From IMG/VR virus record IMGVR_UViG_3300031627_000893: a DNA stretch of 64,000 nucleotides, one strand, 5' to 3'. The DNA comes from an uncultured virus (IMG/VR IMGVR_UViG_3300031627_000893) (taxonomy: Duplodnaviria > Heunggongvirae > Uroviricota > Caudoviricetes). Positions 11,277 to 21,000 of this stretch are shown here, in pieces. The position numbers were made by a program, and so were the translations under genes. The notes below the pieces were generated by a model. That model made no database searches and had not been told where the DNA came from. It saw only the letters and a program-made list of their open reading frames with translations. Each line of letters opens with the position of its first letter. Position 1 is the first letter of the stretch.

Positions 11277-13154
11277 CTAATTAAAAGAGCAAGTTATGAT
11301 TGTCGTATTGTTCATTCCGATTTGAGTAACAGTTCCAGCGGCCTCAACTACATCTATAAATTTTCCTGAATCATGCACCTCTATTAGGTTGCTTTTGTAA
11401 AGATACACTTTACCATCTCTTGCTAAAGTGGGAATAGTACCTGTGATAACCGTCGAGCTAACTAAATCAAATACGCCTGTGACTGGGTCAGAAGTAGCAG
11501 AAACCCCTGCGAACAACACAGACACGTCATTAGGAGCCGAAGCATTTGCGCTAAATTTAGTAGCGAAAAAGTTCGTTCCTGAAATTGTGAGCGGCTGATC
11601 TACAGTAGCTAATTCTTGAGGATGAAATCCTGTTATTATAGGGGGTTGATTAACGTGAAACTCGCTCAAACCATAGTTCCCTCTGCTGTCGGTGACTTTA
11701 ACCTGTCCTCCTACATCAGCATTAGGTGTAGTCACTATTATGCTGGACCCATCTGTTACAGAAAACCCAACCGATTGATTATTTATTTTTACGGTTTGCG
11801 CGTTCGAAAAAGCAGCACCAGCTAAAACTGCCGTTTGGCCCAACTCGGTAAGAACCTGCGGGGTCATACTGATCACTTTTGGATGAGGATAGAAAGTCTG
11901 AACCGTCTTAATATTTTGGCTTTTCTCGTCTGAGACTACCGCAATGGTTCCCACATCTGCGCCTTCTGGAACTGTCGCTATTATTTTCGTAGTGTCTATG
12001 ACTTCGAAGCTCGATACTTTAGTATTGTTAGGACCAAACTTTACGCTAGATATCCTGCTAAAAAATGTCCCATCGATTTGAACTTGTTTATTAATCTCGG
12101 CTTCCGTATTAGAAGCATTCAATGAAGCCGTCATTGGCTCAAAATTAATAATATACCGAACACTAGCCTCGGTCACCCCGTCTGTTCCCATTATGGTAAC
12201 GACTCGGTGCAAAGCCGATGCGCCAACTGGAACCTTGGCTGTTATGGTAGTCGCACTCTTAGATAGAATTTTCGCTTTTACTCCTCCGAAACTTACTGAG
12301 GTCGTGCCATGAAGTCTTTGGCCGTTTATCGTTACAATCGTTCCCTCTTTAAATGTGGTAGGAGCATAAGAAGTTATCTCGGGCTCTCTGCTTATAAAAT
12401 TTTGCTTTATCGACAGCGAAGAAGAAAGACTATTATTTGCTGAAACGTTTAAGGTCTTTTTTCCTAGTTTACCTTTTACAAAATAAGATTCCTTTACTAT
12501 CTGAGATATTGGGTCTTTAAGGTTTATCTGTATTTTGGAGTCATTACCGAACACAGATAGGTCGCCGCTTAAATTATCTATTGAAAGTGATGCGGCAACT
12601 GTTTTCTGCCCCCATCTTACCTCTCTTGGGGTAACCTCTCCCGCGACGTAAACAGGCGCGAGTTCACAGTTGAACGTAAATGAGGCTCTTTGAATCGAGT
12701 CTAAATTCCCCACACCGCTTGAAAAATTAGATATTTCAGCGTCGGAAAAATTAAGAAGAGATTCGTTTGAAGCTTGTTCAAATGTCGGAGAAAATTCCCC
12801 TTTCAATTCATCAAAAAATGCTACTGTAGCGTCTACCGAAACTGGATTCGCTGGTGTAGCATTAAATCTATATGAAGTTAAATACCCAGATTGAAAATTA
12901 AGCCCTCCAAAGCTTCCTGAGATAGCCCCTATCTCGTCGTATATAAAGTCTTTTACAAAATCAGATCCGGTCAATAAATAGTTGAACTCTAAAGTCCCTC
13001 CTATTCCTCCGGCTGGTGAGTACTTGAAAGAATGCCTATTATCTATTTTGTACTGGGGAGACAAATCAGTGTTAAAGTCTACAGTCGCCCCTCTAACGAA
13101 CAATCCCCGTCCGTTTAGCTGAATCTTACTATTCTTATAGGTATAGTAGGGCAT
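11277..13154 (-). CDS. Tail-tube-like N-terminal domain fused to IPT/TIG repeats
   Basis: First ~255 aa resemble the neighbouring tube-like proteins (IQRASFTFNCELAPVYVAGEVTPREV). They are followed by PEITSYAP...G...TINGQRL...VSFGG-type IPT repeats. Confidence 0.7.
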   Translation of the reverse strand: MPYYTYKNSKIQLNGRGLFVRGATVDFNTDLSPQYKIDNRHSFKYSPAGGIGGTLEFNYLLTGSDFVKDFIYDEIGAISGSFGGLNFQSGYLTSYRFNATPANPVSVDATVAFFDELKGEFSPTFEQASNESLLNFSDAEISNFSSGVGNLDSIQRASFTFNCELAPVYVAGEVTPREVRWGQKTVAASLSIDNLSGDLSVFGNDSKIQINLKDPISQIVKESYFVKGKLGKKTLNVSANNSLSSSLSIKQNFISREPEITSYAPTTFKEGTIVTINGQRLHGTTSVSFGGVKAKILSKSATTITAKVPVGASALHRVVTIMGTDGVTEASVRYIINFEPMTASLNASNTEAEINKQVQIDGTFFSRISSVKFGPNNTKVSSFEVIDTTKIIATVPEGADVGTIAVVSDEKSQNIKTVQTFYPHPKVISMTPQVLTELGQTAVLAGAAFSNAQTVKINNQSVGFSVTDGSSIIVTTPNADVGGQVKVTDSRGNYGLSEFHVNQPPIITGFHPQELATVDQPLTISGTNFFATKFSANASAPNDVSVLFAGVSATSDPVTGVFDLVSSTVITGTIPTLARDGKVYLYKSNLIEVHDSGKFIDVVEAAGTVTQIGMNNTTIITCSFN

Positions 13155-13156
13155 TT

Positions 13157-13993
13157 TTAATAATTCCTATTCACGGCCACTTTCGTCCTGACTACATCGC
13201 CAACTTGAGCTTGTATTGATGTTCTAACTATTACGGAACCTGAAATATCGAATGACAGTTGCTCAGAGTTGCTGCTATCGCACAAATAATTCACAGTAAG
13301 AGCATCGAAAGTTTTATCCGCTGAAAATTGACTCATGGCCTCGCCCACTGGTTGCCCAGAAAAAGTTACATGATGGAATTCCTCTCTAGTAAACACTGCT
13401 AATTCCGAAGCGTTTAGCAATTGAACCTGTTTAGGATATTTTGATCCTATCGTATATATAGGATTCCACGCGGCTCTGAAGTTGTATTGTAAGTCTAAAG
13501 TGGGAAGCTGGAAGTAGTTCCCTGAATTAGAAGCAAAAGTAGTCCACCCATTGCTAAATGAACTAGATTTATTATAATTTACTTTTTGTACCCCAGTTTT
13601 CTTTGGCTGTAAGTAGCCCGATGTAGGAGTGAATCCCACGAAAGTTACGGATGCTTTTGTTATTTTGTTCGGAACAAAATTAGTTCTGTAGTCTTGCAGG
13701 AAATACTCCCCAGACACACCACCTACCTCTATAACATAAGGAGAGGCTTGATAATCGTCCTCTCTAAATTGCTTCAGAGAATTTACTATCTCTAAATTAG
13801 GCTCGTTATCTACTTCTACAAAATACGATAAGTCAAGCGTATGCCTAATCGAGTCAGTTACGGGTTGACTTAGCTCTCCTCGCTTTTCTAGGATATAGGC
13901 TGGGTCAAGGTAATTCTGAGAAGATATAGTAGCCTGTTCGACAAGAATCCCCGTGCCGTTAACTACTGCATCTATGTTGTCGAAATACAACAC
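13157..13993 (-). CDS. Tail-tube-like structural protein (paralogue)
   Basis: GTG start with purine-rich RBS. YNFRAAWNPIYTIGSKYPKQV matches the paralogue motif. Confidence 0.6.
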   Translation of the reverse strand: MLYFDNIDAVVNGTGILVEQATISSQNYLDPAYILEKRGELSQPVTDSIRHTLDLSYFVEVDNEPNLEIVNSLKQFREDDYQASPYVIEVGGVSGEYFLQDYRTNFVPNKITKASVTFVGFTPTSGYLQPKKTGVQKVNYNKSSSFSNGWTTFASNSGNYFQLPTLDLQYNFRAAWNPIYTIGSKYPKQVQLLNASELAVFTREEFHHVTFSGQPVGEAMSQFSADKTFDALTVNYLCDSSNSEQLSFDISGSVIVRTSIQAQVGDVVRTKVAVNRNY

Positions 13994-14025
13994 TACCTTT
14001 TCCCTTTTCCCTTATTTAGTTACAC

Positions 14026-14331
14026 CTAATTCGGACGCTTTATAAATCCTCTATACATTAAATCCATTGTTGTCGGCCCATTGGCGGAAGTCGAATATGA
14101 TTCCCCCACAAGATGAACGTTTCCCAAATGATACTCTACAACGGTAGAATCAGAATACATGTCGTTAAGTTTCACGGTCAAGTTTCCTGTCTTATCTACA
14201 CAGGGATACCCAGTGGAATTAAAAGCCACATATCCATTGTCCATAACGTCGATATTGAACTTGCACTCGATTGGCACTGGATACTTCAAAACTACTTCTT
14301 TTGGGTCTTTATTGCCTAATCCGTATATCAC
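14026..14331 (-). CDS. C-terminal part of a split tail-tube-like gene
   Basis: (RQV)IYGLGNKDPKEVVLKYPVPIECKFNID continues the tube motif begun in the upstream ORF, but in another frame. Confidence 0.55.
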   Translation of the reverse strand: MIYGLGNKDPKEVVLKYPVPIECKFNIDVMDNGYVAFNSTGYPCVDKTGNLTVKLNDMYSDSTVVEYHLGNVHLVGESYSTSANGPTTMDLMYRGFIKRPN

Positions 14332-14888
14332 TTGCCTGTGATATACGATATTTGGAAACTATTTATCCTATTCGAACTCAAATCGCTGAACTCTATCTCT
14401 ATAGAACCCGGAGATATGAATTTTAAATCGCTAGAGCTTCCTTGATGTGGCAGAGAAGCTAGATGTGCGTCTACCGTCGCATCCCCTGTTCCCAGCCTAC
14501 CTGCACCCCCGAAAGCCCTTATGACACTCTGAGTGGTCGGCATTTGACCAATACTACATGAAACAGAATGAGAGAACAAAAAGCCGGAACGAAAGCTAAA
14601 ATTATCTACATGATTTCTTTTATCCTTTAAAACATAGCCATTAAAAGGATTTTCTCCGGTTTTATCTAAAAAGTAGTCTTTACCAACTATGAATGTATCT
14701 ACGCTAATTTCAGCTTGTGTAGATCCATCTGGAGCAAAACTAACCTCTTCTACGCCCAAGAATCTTATTGGGGTTTTAGGAATCTGATAGCTAATAGTAG
14801 CATTCTGAACACCAGAAACCTCAACATTATTTAAGAAAAGATGCTGCCTCCCTCTGGTTGTTATAGAGCTCTTATTAAAATTTATCAT
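14328..14888 (-). CDS. N-terminal part of a split tail-tube-like gene (probable true start ATG 14888)
   Basis: AGAGG RBS before MINFNKSS. VSGVQNATISYQIPKTPIRFLG and FRSGFLFSHSVSCSIG match tube paralogues. Ends at INSFQISYITGK*. Confidence 0.6.
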   Translation of the reverse strand: MINFNKSSITTRGRQHLFLNNVEVSGVQNATISYQIPKTPIRFLGVEEVSFAPDGSTQAEISVDTFIVGKDYFLDKTGENPFNGYVLKDKRNHVDNFSFRSGFLFSHSVSCSIGQMPTTQSVIRAFGGAGRLGTGDATVDAHLASLPHQGSSSDLKFISPGSIEIEFSDLSSNRINSFQISYITGK

Positions 14889-14970
14889 AACCTCTATATT
14901 ATTACACTGTCTTAAAAAAAAAGATAAAAACAATCGAATCAGTGTAATAATTACTTAGGAGAAAGGCATT
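14889..14970. promoter_or_regulatory. Divergent promoter region with back-to-back GTGTAAT motifs
   Basis: ttacac at 14902-14907 (minus strand) and gtgtaa at 14942-14947 (plus strand), in an AT-rich gap between divergent genes. Confidence 0.6.
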
Positions 14971-15516
14971 ATGGCTTCTGTATATAGTTTGGATGAATGG
15001 AAAGAGGACGACGATTTCGAGCAGTATGATTTCTGTTACAGGGACATCACATCGGCCAACGGGATCACTGCCAGAAAATTCTTCTATGCTAGGGCCAAAA
15101 TAACCGATAGCGACACCGCACCAGAGAGCGATACTGCTAAATTCTTCGGTTATAAGAATGACGCCCAAGGAACAGAACGGGCAGAATTTATTTTCGTTCC
15201 GTCTTACTCTAATCAAGCTAATTCTTCGCCTAGAACCAACGTAATCCAATTCGGGGACGGATACGAATCTAGACAGGCGGATGGGCTTTCCAGTAATTTG
15301 CTTTCAATTAACCTCTCTTTTGATCTCAGAACGGAAAGAGAAGCTACAGCTATACTCCATTTCCTTAGACAAAGGAATGCTGAAGAGTCTTTTATATTCT
15401 CCGCTCCGCCGCCTTATAACGCCGAAAAGCTATACGTTTGTAGGCAATGGCAAAGCACATTTAATTTCTTTGACAACTATACCATAAGCGCAGCCTTTAA
15501 CGAGGTTATTAACTGA
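14971..15516 (+). CDS. Minor tail protein, lambda gpM-like (distal tail)
   Basis: FGDGYESRQADGL motif characteristic of the gpM family; first gene of an M-L-K-I-J order. Confidence 0.8.
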   Translation: MASVYSLDEWKEDDDFEQYDFCYRDITSANGITARKFFYARAKITDSDTAPESDTAKFFGYKNDAQGTERAEFIFVPSYSNQANSSPRTNVIQFGDGYESRQADGLSSNLLSINLSFDLRTEREATAILHFLRQRNAEESFIFSAPPPYNAEKLYVCRQWQSTFNFFDNYTISAAFNEVIN

Positions 15517-15538
15517 TAAATCGATACTCTACGAATAA

Positions 15539-16576
15539 ATGGCTACTCTGAATCAGTATAAAGACGCACAAAGCCGACTATACGGAAGTGTTTTTTCTTT
15601 AGAGCCTTCAGCATTAATAACTATGTTTGAAATTGACTTATCAGACATACTTTTCGAAATGGGCCTTATAGCAGAAATAAAAGACACTAATAAGCATCAA
15701 AGGGTTTTCCTTTTTCATGGTGAGCAAAAAGTAGGGGCCAACTCTATAACTTGGCAGGGACAAAGATATGAAGCTCTGCCCGTTCAAGCGACAGGGTTTG
15801 AAAGTAATTCTACCGGAACTCTCCCAAAGCCAAAATTAGATTTTATCAGCAGCGAGGAAACTAAAGATTATTTTAATTTAATGAAAATCCAAATGTCCGA
15901 GCTAGGGGATTTAGTCGGAGCCAAGGTCACGAGGATAAGAACTTTAGCGAAGTTTCTAGATGCGGAGAATTTTAGCGACTCAAACCCCGATATACCTAAA
16001 CCGAAAGGTTTCATACCAGATCAAAACGCTGAGTTCCCAAGAGATGTATATTTCATAGAAAGAAAATTAATAGAAAATAAGTCTATAATGTCATTCGAAA
16101 TGACATCTATTCTAGATGTAGAGAACATTCGTTTACCTCTTAGGGTAATGTACTCGAACAGATGCACTTTTACTTATAGAGGTGAAGGATGTTGTTACGA
16201 ATTCAAAGATCGTAGAACCTCGGAGCATACTGGATGTACTTACATGCCTAATAACGCAAAGCCAATAGCTGAAATCACAGACGAGGACATCTCTCAAATT
16301 GAAGAAGTCAAAGGCAATCCGTTATCGGATCAAGGCATTTATTCGAGCACCACCTCGTACAGCGTGGGAAACTACACTCACGTAGAAAAGGACAATATAA
16401 AATATTATTACGTATGTAAGAAGTCTAGCCTCGGGAATCCGCCTACAGACTCCGACTATTGGGCCGCAGATAAGTGCTCTAAGACTATCAAAGGCTGTAG
16501 ATTAAGATGGGAATCGTACGTTAATCTTGGCAACTTGCCATTCGGGGGCTTTCCCGCTTTAGGGAGAATAAAGTAA
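15539..16576 (+). CDS. Minor tail protein, lambda gpL-like
   Basis: ITWQGQRYEALPVQATGFE, DLVGAKVTRIRT, CTFTYRGEGC, DKCSKTIKGC and LPFGGFP (Fe-S-type cysteines). Confidence 0.9.
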   Translation: MATLNQYKDAQSRLYGSVFSLEPSALITMFEIDLSDILFEMGLIAEIKDTNKHQRVFLFHGEQKVGANSITWQGQRYEALPVQATGFESNSTGTLPKPKLDFISSEETKDYFNLMKIQMSELGDLVGAKVTRIRTLAKFLDAENFSDSNPDIPKPKGFIPDQNAEFPRDVYFIERKLIENKSIMSFEMTSILDVENIRLPLRVMYSNRCTFTYRGEGCCYEFKDRRTSEHTGCTYMPNNAKPIAEITDEDISQIEEVKGNPLSDQGIYSSTTSYSVGNYTHVEKDNIKYYYVCKKSSLGNPPTDSDYWAADKCSKTIKGCRLRWESYVNLGNLPFGGFPALGRIK

Positions 16577-17304
16577 TGAGAATAGAAAATAAAATCTTGT
16601 CAGATATTAGAGAGCACTGTTACTCCGAGTCTTACCAAGAATCGTGCGGAATCGTATACGAGCATAAAGATTCTAAAAAGCAAAAAATATTCAGATGCCC
16701 GAATACAGCCGAGGACTCGAAGGAAATGTTTAGGATTGATCCTTTAAATTTTTTAGAGTGTCTTGAGTTAGGAGAGCCGATTTGCATATACCATTCTCAC
16801 CCAAGCGGCGGAGAGATGTCAGCTTACGACCTGTCCAACTCAAACGGGCATCAAATGCCTTATATAATGCTCAATCTGGAAAATAACAATTTTTATTATA
16901 GCGATAGTTCTTTAAACGAATTCTTAGGAAGAGAGTTTCAGTACGGAGTAAACGATTGCTTTTCTGTAATAGAAGATTACTACAAGGAAGTACTAAATAT
17001 CGATTTCAAGGGCGATTGTCCCCGATCAACGGAAGAACAAGATTTTCGTGAAGATTTTAATATTATAGATGAAGGGCCTCTAGCCTTGGGTTTTAAAAAA
17101 ATTTGTTTTAACTCTCCATCCGAGTTGCAAAAGTACGACCTTCTGGTTTTCAGGCTGTCTAAAAAGCCTGGGCATCTTGGCCTAAGCTTATCTCCCAGCT
17201 TTTTTCTTCATCAAATGGCAGAAAAACTATCTTGTGTAGAATTGTTTAGCGAATCACATCAAAAAAGAACAGAATATATCTGGAGGCACGAGAAATTATC
17301 ATGA
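16576..17304 (+). CDS. Tail tip assembly protein, lambda gpK-like (JAB/MPN + NlpC/P60)
   Basis: ESCG...IYHSHP...S..D JAB motif; GVNDCFSV...GHLGL...FLHQ NlpC/P60 motif. Confidence 0.9.
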   Translation: MRIENKILSDIREHCYSESYQESCGIVYEHKDSKKQKIFRCPNTAEDSKEMFRIDPLNFLECLELGEPICIYHSHPSGGEMSAYDLSNSNGHQMPYIMLNLENNNFYYSDSSLNEFLGREFQYGVNDCFSVIEDYYKEVLNIDFKGDCPRSTEEQDFREDFNIIDEGPLALGFKKICFNSPSELQKYDLLVFRLSKKPGHLGLSLSPSFFLHQMAEKLSCVELFSESHQKRTEYIWRHEKLS

Positions 17305-18032
17305 GCGAAACGGTCAGAGTAAGACTGCATGGAGAGTTAGCTGAAGTCATCGGATACGAATGGCATTTATGCGTATCCTCTGTCGGGGAAGCCATGAGAG
17401 CAATAGAGAACATAAGTGGCAGAAAGCTTTTTAAGCATCTTTTAAAAAGAGATAAAGCTAATGTAAAATACGAGGTGGTAGTAGATAAGAAGAAGATGTC
17501 TTTCGCCGGAATCAATCAAGAGAAAATAGACGAAAAAGAGATTCAAGGATCAGAGATATGCATTAACAGAAAAATGAAAACCTTGGACATCGTACCCGTG
17601 TTTGAGGGGGCCAAAAAGTTTTGGAAAAAGATAAAAGAAATAGTAACTATAATTGTTGGAATAGCTTTAATAATCGGTGGGCTTTATGTTGGGGGGCCAT
17701 TAGGATACGCTATGATTTCTGCTGGTCTTGCTCTTGTTGCAGCGGGAGTATCCGCTCTGCTTTCTGAACCTCCAGAACCCACGTTAGCAAGGGATATAGA
17801 ATTGAAGGGGCCTAATTCTTATATATTTACAGATGTAGTGAACTCGAATAAAGAAGGAAAACCTGTCCCCATAGGATACGGTAGACTCGACATTGGATCA
17901 TATGTTATTCAAGCGACTTACGATACAGTAAATGTCGCGGCAATAGAGACGCCCACTAACACTAGTCAGATATCTTCCCTTGCTACTACCAAGACAGTCG
18001 TAACTAAAAGTAGCGACCAAGTTTTTACTTAG
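17301..18032 (+). CDS. Tail assembly protein, lambda gpI-like
   Basis: VRLHGEL...SVGEAMRAI, a hydrophobic Gly/Ala stretch, and EGKPVPIGYGRL.IGS. Confidence 0.85.
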   Translation: MSETVRVRLHGELAEVIGYEWHLCVSSVGEAMRAIENISGRKLFKHLLKRDKANVKYEVVVDKKKMSFAGINQEKIDEKEIQGSEICINRKMKTLDIVPVFEGAKKFWKKIKEIVTIIVGIALIIGGLYVGGPLGYAMISAGLALVAAGVSALLSEPPEPTLARDIELKGPNSYIFTDVVNSNKEGKPVPIGYGRLDIGSYVIQATYDTVNVAAIETPTNTSQISSLATTKTVVTKSSDQVFT

Positions 18033-18035
18033 GCC

Positions 18036-21000
18036 ATGATACTTCGTAACAATGACAACCGACTTTACCCTTGGCTGATAAACGGCAAGTCTGTTCCTAT
18101 GCCTTTTGGCGGGAACATGCTCTTCGCCATTCCAGACGAAGAGGACGAAGGCATAACCCTCCAAGTAGACAAGAGCGGGGGAGATCTTGATCGGGCTATT
18201 TCCGTTAGTGACGCCACAGTGGTAGATCTGTTGTGCGAAGGGGAAATCGAAGGACTTAACGAGTACGAACTTATCGGCACTGGGGTAGCAGGAAAAGTAG
18301 GCTATGATTCTGTAACTAAAAAAACTTTTGCAGCTATACGAACCGAGGCAGTGCCGGATGAAGGTCCGGTCCCTTTATGGATTACGGATGGAGTAAAATT
18401 TTTGCGATCCATAAAATGGAACGGTTTACCAGTAGTGAATGGTTTAGATCAATTTAATTACCAACAAGTAAACATATCTACAACCCACGGCTTAGCTGAC
18501 GGAGGCATTAATTACGGATTAAGTGAAGAACTAGACATATTCAGGTCGATTGGCGAGAGACTAAGGGGACACAAAGAAAACTTTGAGGAATTTGCAAAAG
18601 TCTATAGGATAGATAATAAGAACGCTAAGGGTTGCACTGTCACGATAAAGTTTCAAGGATTACAATACACCGAGAAAAAGTCTGAAGAGGAATACGGAGA
18701 TGTAAGGGATACTACCGTAGATTATGAAATATTTTACAGGTCAGTACACGATAACAAAGTCACTGTTAATCCTATAGACATACAGTTTGTTTCCGGCGGC
18801 AAGGTTACCGTCACTGGTAAGATAACGGCTCCTTACTTAAAGAGCACAACCATTGACTTCTCTGGTATTCCGAACGTTTACACCGAAGGCCATATTGGAT
18901 GGGAAGTTAAAATAGTAAGATATACTGAAGACTCTCTTTCCACCGAAATCACAAACACTACTATCGTCGATAGCATTTCTGAAATTTATGGGCAAACATA
19001 CAGGTATCCCCATTCGGTTGCCGTGCAAACTAAATTCAGTGCCGAGTTTTTCACTAGAATTCCTACGAGAAATTTCGACGCTAGGCTGATGAAGGTTAAA
19101 ATACCCGCTGACTATAATTCTGTTCTCCGACGTTACGGTCAGACTTATAACGGCGTAGCCAATCCTTACTGGAAAGGAGATTTTAAAGCAGAGAAAACAT
19201 GGACTGATAATCCGGTATGGTGTTACTACGATCTAATAACGAATAAAAGATATGGGCTAGGAAAGTACATCAATGAAGACTCTCTCGATAAATGGACTCT
19301 TTATGAGATATCCAAATACTGCGACACTATGGTCCCTGATGGATACGGAGGAGTAGAGCCTAGATTCACCTGTAATATGCTGATAAACAGCAGGACAGAG
19401 GCGTTTAGGCTAATTAACGACCTATCCAGTGTATTTAGAGGTCTTGCGTTTTATTACGGAGGTCAAATACACACGGTGATAGACGAGCCCAAAAGCCCAA
19501 TAACTTTGTTTACAAATTCGAATGTTGTTAGCGGCGAATTTGTATATTCTTCTAGCTCAAAAAAAGCTAGGGCGACTGTAGCGATAGTCACCTACAGGGA
19601 TAAGAGAGACGATTTTAAAAGAAATGTAGAGTACGTTGAGGACGTACAAGGAATTAGGAAATTCGGGATAAGATACAAGGAAATATCGGGAGTAGGAATA
19701 ACTAGTAGAGGACAAGCCAGAAGGCTTGGCTTATGGAGTATATACACAGCGGCACTGGATACTGAGACCGTGGCTTTCGATACAGGGATAGAGGCTTCCA
19801 TACTAAGACCCGGAGATGTTATTAGGGTTCAAGACGCTAACAAAACTACTAAGCGATACTGCGGAAGATGCACTGTCGCAAGTGACGCGATAACATTCAC
19901 TTTAGACGATAGCTCTGATGACTTTACGATAAATCGCTCTAGCAGCAGCACTTACAATTTTGAAATAATAGTTCCGGCGTACAGGATAGACTCGGGGCAA
20001 ATAGATTTGACTGGGAAGTATACGAGCAATGACACCCGCGCTTCTGACTTGGCTAAGTCTCAAGTCGTCGTTTTTAAAATAACTGGGAATCAAATATCCA
20101 GTTCAAACCCGCGAGTCGTAACTCTTAACACCAACCAATTGAATCAGACGCTTAAAACTGCGATGAGCAAAGAGTTCATAACAGGAAAAGATCTGACTTG
20201 GGTTCTGGAGCCTACTGGAAACACGGTCACCTTATCAGGGGAAAACGATCAAGCCAGTAAGCTATTCAGGATCTTAAACCTACATGAAAAGGAAGGAGGC
20301 TCTCACTTCAGCGTCTCCGCCTTAGAGCATAACCCAAATAAATTTTCTAATATAGACAACGACGAATCCTACGATTTGCCTATCTCAAATCCAAGCGTGA
20401 ATCCTCCTCTAGCTGTAGAACTAGAGAGCCAGAACCATACCACTAACACCAAAAAAATAAAGTATACGATCATCCCGTCTGATGAGGTCGGCGTCTACGG
20501 GTATTTGGTGTACGCCAAAAAAGCAGAGAATTGGGACGGAGATGACTTTACGCAAACAGATAGCTCTCTGGGATCGAGCGATGCGGCGTTGTCATCGATC
20601 CCTAATGATGAGTTTCTAATAGGCAGTCTCAGCTTAGGAGACTTAACGAATTTTTATATCCCGTCATCCAGTGCTACTTACTATTTCAGAGTTTATTCTC
20701 AAAATAGATTAGGAACTCCGTCTTCTACAAGCGCACCGAATAGCGTAACAGTAACTGGGGTTAATCCGATTTATGATACCGAAATTCAAAGATTGTCTTT
20801 GGTTAGCGCGTTATCTTCAGATCAGGCTTTGAGTCAAGCGGCAGGGACGACAACCACTCAGATTACCGATGTCTCAGAGCCTATTATTACTTGGGAGACT
20901 TCAGTTGCAGGGCTAAACGCTGACATAAGCTACGGCTATAAAATAACCATACGTGCGCCATCCAGAGATAACAGGCCGAGTACTGTGATATATAAGACCA

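Noticed and set aside
9072..18036. Stop-codon reassignment (e.g. TAG read as Gln) suggested by in-frame stop-ATG junctions
   Set aside because: Genes up to 13 kb are intact under the standard code, TAG ends many ordinary genes, and the junctions use both TAG and TAA.
18030..18038. gpI-like and gpJ-like genes in frame (TAG GCC ATG)
   Set aside because: One-in-three chance for close neighbours, and no domain is visibly split.
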